IMG/VR virus record: IMGVR_UViG_3300020577_011874
Source of the DNA: an uncultured virus (IMG/VR IMGVR_UViG_3300020577_011874)
Taxonomy: Duplodnaviria; Heunggongvirae; Uroviricota; Caudoviricetes
Direction: 5' to 3' (one strand)
DNA length: 20,000 nt
Under the pieces are notes generated by a model. The model ran no database searches. It had not been told where the DNA came from and saw only the letters and a list, made by a program, of their open reading frames with translations. The translations under genes and the position numbers were made by a program. This document shows, in pieces, positions 7,743 through 14,270 of this stretch (the stretch's first letter is position 1; every line of letters begins with the position of its first letter).

Positions 7743-9425
7743 TTATGTCAATGCAGCTGAAAATTCATCTGGGAACATCGAGCGATTGGTCTTAAAAAAT
7801 CTTTCCCAATCTGAATCTAGGATGTATGAAATTGCATGATCATCAAAATTTCTGATCGATCGACCAAAGGCTTGAATGACAGCTCTAGCTGTCTGACACT
7901 GATACCAATTGAGGATTCGATTTTTTCTCAATTGAATGACCTTGTCACCCAAGTATGGAAAAGGTACCTTACAAAGAATCTGAAAGCGACTATAGTCGTC
8001 AGACAAATCGACGCCTTCCATCATTGATGGGCTGATCAACACTGTTGGGTCTGGCGAAGACAGATGAAATTCGATCATCTGTTCGCGATTTTCACTACCG
8101 TGGAGTAATAAGCGAGGTGATTTAATTGTGTCGACAATCTCTTTAGCGATTCTGTAATTGACACAATGAATGATGCCTTTGTCCTTCTTGTGAAGTTCAA
8201 GAAGTTGTTTGACCACTTTGATCATGTTTGGTAACGTGGTATCGATGTTGTCCTTCGACATGCTTCCCACTCCCAAATAATGAATTGGTCTATTTTTCAC
8301 CGGAAAAGGTGAAGGAATGTGAAGAAATGCTACATCTTCTGCAGGAACTCCCACAGATTTACAGAAGGTTTCTTTGTCCACCACGGTTGCAGACATCATA
8401 ACAATGCGACTGCCGTACTTGTAAAGTAAGTCGCTGCCCCAAGATGAAACGTCTATCGGTTTGAATTCAAACTTGCGGCCGCCACGAGTTTCTCCAGGAG
8501 GTGGTCTGACAAAATTCATGATCCAATTGTCAGGACTATAGACTTCAATGAATCGATTGACTTTGCACATGTGCTTATCAAGCATCTCGTACTTCTTTGA
8601 GTACTCAGTCAATTCCGGACTTCCATCAGCGCTGAAGTTTTCGTTTAACTTCTTTTCGATGGCATTCATATGCTTGCTCAAGGCACGTTTGTATCCATTT
8701 TTGATCCAGTCAAAAACAGACTCTGCAGAATCCAACCGCGGAATTTTACAGTTCAAAACTGTTTTTGCAAAACGTTCAGAAAAAGTCACTTCAATGAACT
8801 TGCCCAGTTCATTCTCGATGTTATGACATTCATCAATGACTAAAAGACTTCGTGCACGCAATTGTTTAGCATACATTGTCTCGGCGAGAAAATAGGAAAA
8901 GTTGGTAATTCCAATTGGAAATTCCATGAATTCCTGTTTGTCAAGTGTGTATGGACAGCTTCCTCGACAACACTTGAAAAATTCAGTGCCTGCAAGTTGC
9001 TGGCCCATTTGTTTGAGAAGTCGCCGAGATTCTGCACAACTTTGATCATTGTAGAATCTACATTGATAGTTGTTAGCTGATTTCAAGGACCTCATCAGAT
9101 TTTTACCAGATGATGGACCAAAGTCATCCATGTATTGTGCTTGAAGAATTTTCTGTGTGGTCAGGATATAACTGCCTGTCGTATCAACAGGATCACCATT
9201 TTCCTGATCAGAAACGGATGGAGCATATGTCACTCCACCATGTTCAGCAAGGTACCTTGACAGGGTAATTCCGATGGCTGATTTGCCAACACCGGTCCCA
9301 AGTTCTAAAATGACGAAGCGTTTCTTTTGAACTAAAAAAGCATCAAGCGCGAACTCAATTGCCTTTCGTTGTTCATCCCGAATGTTAGAAAATGGAAAAA
9401 ATGGGACATAATCGGGAAGTGTCAT
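7743..9425 (-). CDS. DinG/XPD (Rad3)-family SF2 helicase with Fe-S cluster cysteines, about 560 aa
   Basis: Q motif IRDEQ, Walker A LGTGVGKS, Cys cluster NYQC..SC..CC..SCPY, DECH, MSAT, EGVDL, KVPFP, motif VI QAFGRSIR. Start at 9425 or 9443. Confidence 0.92.
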   Translation of the reverse strand: MTLPDYVPFFPFSNIRDEQRKAIEFALDAFLVQKKRFVILELGTGVGKSAIGITLSRYLAEHGGVTYAPSVSDQENGDPVDTTGSYILTTQKILQAQYMDDFGPSSGKNLMRSLKSANNYQCRFYNDQSCAESRRLLKQMGQQLAGTEFFKCCRGSCPYTLDKQEFMEFPIGITNFSYFLAETMYAKQLRARSLLVIDECHNIENELGKFIEVTFSERFAKTVLNCKIPRLDSAESVFDWIKNGYKRALSKHMNAIEKKLNENFSADGSPELTEYSKKYEMLDKHMCKVNRFIEVYSPDNWIMNFVRPPPGETRGGRKFEFKPIDVSSWGSDLLYKYGSRIVMMSATVVDKETFCKSVGVPAEDVAFLHIPSPFPVKNRPIHYLGVGSMSKDNIDTTLPNMIKVVKQLLELHKKDKGIIHCVNYRIAKEIVDTIKSPRLLLHGSENREQMIEFHLSSPDPTVLISPSMMEGVDLSDDYSRFQILCKVPFPYLGDKVIQLRKNRILNWYQCQTARAVIQAFGRSIRNFDDHAISYILDSDWERFFKTNRSMFPDEFSAALT

Positions 9426-9469
9426 CTCTGCCCAATGTAACATTCACCATCAGAATTCTACACATGTCT

Positions 9470-10099
9470 TCAATCAGCGCCAATGATCTTGTCGACAATT
9501 CCCATTTTGACTGCTTCTTTAGCCGTTAGAAAATAGTCAACCTTGGGATCCATGATTTTCTCTATTGTTGCTTTTGACATCTTGGTTTCTTTTGCCAGTA
9601 ATGAAACCATCAAGTCTTGAAGTCGCCGCTGTTCTTTTGATTGATTTTCAACTTCAAAAACGTTGCCATAAACTCCACCTGAAACGGCATGCATCATGAT
9701 ACGAGAACTTCCCCCCATCAGGCGCTTACCTTTCACGCCGGAGGCTAGTAATAACACACCTGCAGACATGATTTTTCCTAGGCCCACCGTGTGGACTGGA
9801 CAAGGCAAAAATTTGATGGTGTCATACAAGCTAAACATCTCGTCTATTGATCCGCCATACGTCGACACGATGAGATAAATCGGGTTGTTGTTGATGTTTG
9901 CTAACACTAACAACTGCGCAATGACGTTGGAGATTGAGTGTTCAGTCACATCGCCGTGAAGAAAAACAAGCCTGGAGTTACCTGCTTGCACATTAAGCAG
10001 TTGCTCTAGTCCTTCAATTCCCGGTTCCAGATTTTCTACCCTGTTTTCACTAGGGGATTTGTGTTCAACGGCTCGTGCTTCAAATGTCTGTCTACCCAT
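9470..10099 (-). CDS. clpP: ATP-dependent Clp protease proteolytic subunit (ClpP family), 209 aa
   Basis: RLVFLHGDV, IYLIVSTYGGS, catalytic Ser in GKIMSAG, His in RIMMHA, Asp in DYFLTAKEAVKMGIVDKI; SD GGAG upstream. Confidence 0.93.
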   Translation of the reverse strand: MGRQTFEARAVEHKSPSENRVENLEPGIEGLEQLLNVQAGNSRLVFLHGDVTEHSISNVIAQLLVLANINNNPIYLIVSTYGGSIDEMFSLYDTIKFLPCPVHTVGLGKIMSAGVLLLASGVKGKRLMGGSSRIMMHAVSGGVYGNVFEVENQSKEQRRLQDLMVSLLAKETKMSKATIEKIMDPKVDYFLTAKEAVKMGIVDKIIGAD

Positions 10100-10358
10100 T
10101 GTTTTCTCCGTTGATTTCAGAATCTGGTTCGACTGCCCCTATTAGGAACATGTCAGGTTGAAGTTCACGCGTCAGACGTGTGATGGCACGCATGTGCTCA
10201 ACATTTTCTAGTTCAGAAGCCAACAAATGAATGATCAACATTGCTTGACGCTGTGTAATTCCAAAGTTGTTGATTTCTTTGATGATATCTCTACAAGTAC
10301 GATTTTCTTCAGCCTGTTTTTCTGACTGTGCTTGGCCGTAAAGAGTTGTGGTTGACAT
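10092..10358 (-). CDS. Hypothetical helical protein, 88 aa
   Basis: Start overlaps the upstream stop (TGATG at 10358); end overlaps the clpP start, consistent with translational coupling. Confidence 0.75.
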   Translation of the reverse strand: MSTTTLYGQAQSEKQAEENRTCRDIIKEINNFGITQRQAMLIIHLLASELENVEHMRAITRLTRELQPDMFLIGAVEPDSEINGENNG

Positions 10359-10822
10359 CAGATTACCTCGTCTCTAGAAAATGACTCAACCTTGAAAAGG
10401 TTTTCACCCATAATTCGTACGTACTTTCCTTGTTTTGTGCCAGATTCTTCATCAGTGGACAAAACAACAAATGATCCCCATTGTTTGTTTTCTACAATGA
10501 ATGCTGCAAATTCCCACGTAGCAAGATCAACATCATTGGTCTCCAGCAATCTCACCAAATTGGTAGGCAAGCTAGCTTTTACGTCATCAATGGTCAAAAT
10601 TGATCCCATTGCATCTTTGCCTTGAATGATCTCTGTTCTACAGATGTCAATCACTTTGTGAACGATTCCACAATTATTGCACTGTGAAAATTTATGTTTC
10701 ACTGTGCCGTCATCATTGATCTCCGAAAAAACAACAAATTGATGATTAGGGGGATCATCCATTCTCTTAAATTGAGGAAGGATACATCTGCACGTAATCA
10801 AATGTTTTTGGCCACTTGGCAT
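10358..10822 (-). CDS. Hypothetical protein (154 aa) with probable zinc-binding cysteines
   Basis: HLITCRC ... QCNNCG.VH...C pattern; coupled to the next gene. Confidence 0.75.
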   Translation of the reverse strand: MPSGQKHLITCRCILPQFKRMDDPPNHQFVVFSEINDDGTVKHKFSQCNNCGIVHKVIDICRTEIIQGKDAMGSILTIDDVKASLPTNLVRLLETNDVDLATWEFAAFIVENKQWGSFVVLSTDEESGTKQGKYVRIMGENLFKVESFSRDEVI

Positions 10823-10878
10823 TCATTCCACCATCTTACGCATTGATAAGCGATTTAACCAACGCCACAATCGAAAAC

Positions 10879-11148
10879 TCAGACTGTTGGTGATTTCTTT
10901 TTTTTAGTCGTTTCTACGTCGTCAATGACTTTATCGACTTCTCTCAAGAAATTTTTTGAACATCTTTGAAATCCAGAGTCGATGGAACCGTTTATGATCG
11001 CAATCAAATGTTCCAATTGGACGCCTTTTATGTCAACTTGGCCAGATTGTGACGCTTGAACGATATTGTTAGCCACGGCATCTCGAATACTTTCGACGAC
11101 GACCCAGGTGGCTTTGTTAATTTGATCACGAGGATTCATCTTGTTCAT
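10879..11148 (-). CDS. Hypothetical helical protein, 89 aa
   Basis: SD AGGAG just upstream; first gene of the minus-strand run leading to clpP. Confidence 0.72.
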   Translation of the reverse strand: MNKMNPRDQINKATWVVVESIRDAVANNIVQASQSGQVDIKGVQLEHLIAIINGSIDSGFQRCSKNFLREVDKVIDDVETTKKKKSPTV

Positions 11149-11211
11149 GGAACTCCTAACTCAGACTCTACTAGCATACTTAGATGTAGTAAACAACGGA
11201 GTGAACTAAAT

Positions 11212-12423
11212 ATGGCACGATCGCTCAAAGAAGGGTACCAGGCACGTAAACTGCGAGCCCTCAAAGAACATGCAATTGAACTTGACCGTCAGATGCTTCA
11301 TGAAACAAGGGTCGCGAACACTTTGTTAGAAGCTATGGATCAGAGCGATCTAGACAAAGTCAGTAAGATCATTGAAAAACTGGAACGCATCAAAAACGCA
11401 GTTGTTGATCTGAAATCACTGAAAAAGGGCATTGAAGCCGCGCAGAATGAGCTCAACAAGTACACCGCAGGTGGACCAATAACCAAAGCATGGACTAAGT
11501 TGAAAGGAAAAGTAGGCATCGACAATCCAGTTGTCAAGATCACTACTTTTGCAAATGCTTTAGAACAAGGATTTGGACAATTGCCACAAATCTTGAAAAA
11601 TAGTGGAATAGATCCGGCTAAACTCAAAGATCAAGCAGATACCATGACGTTGTCAGACGCTATTACTCAGCAATTCGTCAAACAGCGTGATCCTACAGCT
11701 GACGCATTAAAAAAGACGATTCCTAACAAGAAACCAGCTGATATGAATCTTGAAGCTGATGGTGATATTACCGCAGACGACGTAGAAGCAAACGCGGCCG
11801 CCGCAGGTAGCAAAGAAGCACAAAAGAAACTAAAAATCTTGGTTTCATCTTTACAGAAAGCTTTGACACCTGGAGGTGTTTTTGGCGCTTTCAAAAAAGT
11901 TCCTTACGTAGACACTTCGACGCTAGTGAAAGAACTTGCAACAGTCGCCAAAGTCAATGAGCTTCTTAGCATCTTCCGTGCCATCAAAGAAGGTCCTCAA
12001 ACTGGTGAGATCGCCGCTGACATCAAACAAAATATCGCCGGTGGAAGTGGGGACGTCGGTTCGGCAAGCACTAGCCCAACCGGTTCTTCGAAACCCACCG
12101 GTCAATCGACGCCATCTTCGCCAGCAGAACCGGCAGTTCCAGGTGGAAGTCCTTCAACGCCTACTGGAGCAAAAACACCTGATGCACCCGGTGAAAAAGG
12201 CGGGGGAGGAGCTGAGCCCGAAGACGACAAAGTCAAACAAAAGAAAGCTAGTGACTTGGGCTCTCAACTCGCCAGCATTTTCAAAGGCAATTCAGTCGAA
12301 CCTGAGGTTTTAGGAAAGATATTGATGGATTCAGGTTTGAACGTCGATGAATTGATGAAAAATATTGCTTCTCATAAGGCTCAAAAAGACGCTGGCAAAA
12401 AACCTAAGCCGGCAGCAGTTTAA
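11212..12423 (+). CDS. Hypothetical protein (403 aa), helical N-terminal part plus P/S/G/T-rich linker; candidate head-internal virion protein
   Basis: True start is probably ATG 11212 (MARSLKEG) with SD GGAG at 11198-11201 and TACTTA at 11177-11182; the track start at 11056 overlaps the divergent gene. Shares TTAA stop overlap with the GroEL-like gene. Confidence 0.8.
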   Translation: MARSLKEGYQARKLRALKEHAIELDRQMLHETRVANTLLEAMDQSDLDKVSKIIEKLERIKNAVVDLKSLKKGIEAAQNELNKYTAGGPITKAWTKLKGKVGIDNPVVKITTFANALEQGFGQLPQILKNSGIDPAKLKDQADTMTLSDAITQQFVKQRDPTADALKKTIPNKKPADMNLEADGDITADDVEANAAAAGSKEAQKKLKILVSSLQKALTPGGVFGAFKKVPYVDTSTLVKELATVAKVNELLSIFRAIKEGPQTGEIAADIKQNIAGGSGDVGSASTSPTGSSKPTGQSTPSSPAEPAVPGGSPSTPTGAKTPDAPGEKGGGGAEPEDDKVKQKKASDLGSQLASIFKGNSVEPEVLGKILMDSGLNVDELMKNIASHKAQKDAGKKPKPAAV

Positions 12424-13604
12424 GCCTTGACATAAGCACCCAGTGACGATAACATCTGCATGCATCTTTTTGCATGCAGACCTGAAGCCATTTCTGTGGA
12501 AGCAAGTCGACCATCAATAAGACCATGATCAACTGATGATCTAACCGCCCTTAGAGCATAATCAATCGATTGTGATCTAACAACAAAATCTTTGTCATCT
12601 GGAAGTCTGATTACGACATGATTAGGTGACAAAGATCTGATTCTGTTGTCTAGCAACTTTCCGACATCGTCAATTTGTTCTAAATTTCTACGTTCACGTA
12701 GATGCATTACTAATGTCGAAACTGACTTACGAGTTTTAGTGTGAGATATCACTACTTTACCTTTGAACACAGTCACTTGTTCAACTATGGGTTGTTCGTT
12801 GAATTTGATAGCGCTAATCAACTCGCCTTTCAAACTAGACACTAAATTTGCGCCTGACACGGTGGCAATATCAACCAAAGTGTTCATTCCGTCGAGGTCA
12901 AATCGAACGCCAATTGGCAGCACTTTTAAACTACCACGATCATAATTGACTCGCAAAGTCTGTTTAACGTCATCTGAGATTCCTCTAACGAACAAGAGAC
13001 ATGGCTCTTTGGCTTCAGATATAGCCTCAAGCAAATGATGAATTTCAGAAACACTTTCAATGATGCCATCGATGCAGACGATTCTTGGATTTGTGAAGCT
13101 AGCGTCGATGTTTAACAATGATTGTAATTGAAAAGTGTAACCTCTCACTAACTCAACTGAAGGCGTTAGCGAAGATGTTTTTTCAACAATGATTCGACCA
13201 GCAAATCCAGCCAGCCGAGTGGCGTCACTAACAATTCCAGATATCAAAGATGAAGAAGAGTATTGTGATATCAATGATTCGATATCATTCAATGTCGTTG
13301 TGGCCGCATGTACTTCTCTTGGTGTCGAGATCGCATGAGCGTCCATGGACAAAAGTTCAATGCAACGTTTAAATCCGCCAGGACCTAATTTTTCAGCTGC
13401 TAAAGCACTAGTCATGATCAATTCATAAATTGATCGATCGATCTCTTGGTGGGGTTGTGCCTTGAATGCAATTTGCATGCGAGTAAACAACACAACCCGG
13501 TCCGTGGAAGTCAACGCTTTGTCAATTCCAAGCGATTTTATGTACGCTAAAACACGTCGAATTGATTTTTTCAATTCTGACTCTAGCAAGATCTCCTCAC
13601 TCAT
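12420..13604 (-). CDS. Degenerate group I chaperonin (GroEL/Cpn60)-like protein, 394 aa
   Basis: GRIIVEKTSSLTPSVELVRGYTF resembles GroEL ITVE.G......VVEGMQF; apical-domain match NPRIVCIDGIIESVSEIHHLLEAISEAKEPCLLFVRGI...LVDIATVSGANLVS; LLDNRIRSL and ALRAVRSSVDHG resemble LQERVAKL and ALHATRAAVEEG. No GDGTTT motif. Confidence 0.82.
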   Translation of the reverse strand: MSEEILLESELKKSIRRVLAYIKSLGIDKALTSTDRVVLFTRMQIAFKAQPHQEIDRSIYELIMTSALAAEKLGPGGFKRCIELLSMDAHAISTPREVHAATTTLNDIESLISQYSSSSLISGIVSDATRLAGFAGRIIVEKTSSLTPSVELVRGYTFQLQSLLNIDASFTNPRIVCIDGIIESVSEIHHLLEAISEAKEPCLLFVRGISDDVKQTLRVNYDRGSLKVLPIGVRFDLDGMNTLVDIATVSGANLVSSLKGELISAIKFNEQPIVEQVTVFKGKVVISHTKTRKSVSTLVMHLRERRNLEQIDDVGKLLDNRIRSLSPNHVVIRLPDDKDFVVRSQSIDYALRAVRSSVDHGLIDGRLASTEMASGLHAKRCMQMLSSLGAYVKA

Positions 13605-13619
13605 GAAGGAGATCTTATA

Positions 13620-14039
13620 TCATGGAGTGTAGTGGATGTGTCCTGAAATAAACGAATACACCAACTTGATAGCACCAGCCAGAATCGCAGTGCCTAAAAT
13701 TCCACCAAACCAGAGCAGCAATTTATTTGTTGCCTTGATCCAACCGGTATGTCCTTTGACAATTTGGTACAGACCAGTGTCTGGTTCGTAGACTGCAGTG
13801 TGAATTGCATCCACTTTTTTGAAAGTCTCTTCTTGACTCTTGTTTAGTTGATCAGAAACAGACTCGATCTTGTTGACTTTTTGAACTAAATCATCAAACC
13901 CACCATTGAGAATGGGTGACTCTAACTTTTTTTCAACTCGTACTAGTACTTCGTCCTGCGCTTCAAGCATCGCAGTTGTTTGTTCCTCGAAAGTCGGACG
14001 GTGACGAAAACTTCTACGAAATGGAATTCTTCCTGCCAT
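13620..14039 (-). CDS. Coiled-coil protein with one C-terminal transmembrane helix (about 139 aa); holin/membrane-protein candidate
   Basis: Heptad-like DDLVQKVNKIESVSDQLNKSQEETFKKVDAI followed by hydrophobic LLLWFGGILGTAILAGAIKLVYSFI. Start at ATG 14039 or GTG 14060. Confidence 0.7.
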   Translation of the reverse strand: MAGRIPFRRSFRHRPTFEEQTTAMLEAQDEVLVRVEKKLESPILNGGFDDLVQKVNKIESVSDQLNKSQEETFKKVDAIHTAVYEPDTGLYQIVKGHTGWIKATNKLLLWFGGILGTAILAGAIKLVYSFISGHIHYTP

Positions 14040-14068
14040 GTGAATTGAACTCTCGCGCACACGTTAAA

Positions 14069-14152
14069 CTAGATCCACTAGTATTAATCTTTAACCCTGT
14101 CCTCTAGATCTCTCTCTAGAGAATCTAGATCTCTTAATTTTCTTAAAGATCT
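14069..14152. repeat. Cluster of TCTAGA/AGATCT palindromes and direct repeats in the divergent intergenic region
   Basis: TCTAGATCTCT at 14103-14113 and 14124-14134; CTAGATC also at 14069; TCTAGA at 14115; AGATCT at 14147; inverted repeat CTCTAGA/TCTAGAG at 14102-14121. Confidence 0.85.
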
Positions 14153-14234
14153 AAGTTACAATCAAAATTTGGACATAGCACACTGGATCACTGTGATAGC
14201 GGTAAATATCTTTAACGAGAGTTTATCACTACAG

Positions 14235-14264
14235 ATGAACAGATTGATCAACATTAGCTAGAAT
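14235..14264 (+). promoter_or_regulatory. Putative sigma70-type promoter giving a leaderless transcript of the GT4-GT2 gene
   Basis: TAGAAT at 14259-14264, 6 nt before GTG 14271; ATGAAC 18 nt upstream; no SD visible. Confidence 0.45.
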
Positions 14265-14270
14265 GTAACG

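Noticed and set aside
7743..9425. DinG as part of a type IV CRISPR-Cas or other defence system
   Set aside because: No cas genes, array or defence partner are nearby; a replication/repair role is simpler.
11056..11211. 52-aa N-terminal extension of the 455-aa ORF
   Set aside because: It overlaps the opposite-strand 89-aa gene; ATG 11212 has an SD and the upstream motif.
14069..14152. CRISPR array or tRNA in the repeat-rich intergenic region
   Set aside because: Repeats are only 6-11 bp with no repeat-spacer periodicity, and no cloverleaf is evident. I saw no CRISPR, tRNA or rRNA elsewhere in the window.
14162..14176. Four-codon minus-strand uORF (MSKF) downstream of the TATTTA motif
   Set aside because: Too short, no SD, and expected by chance.
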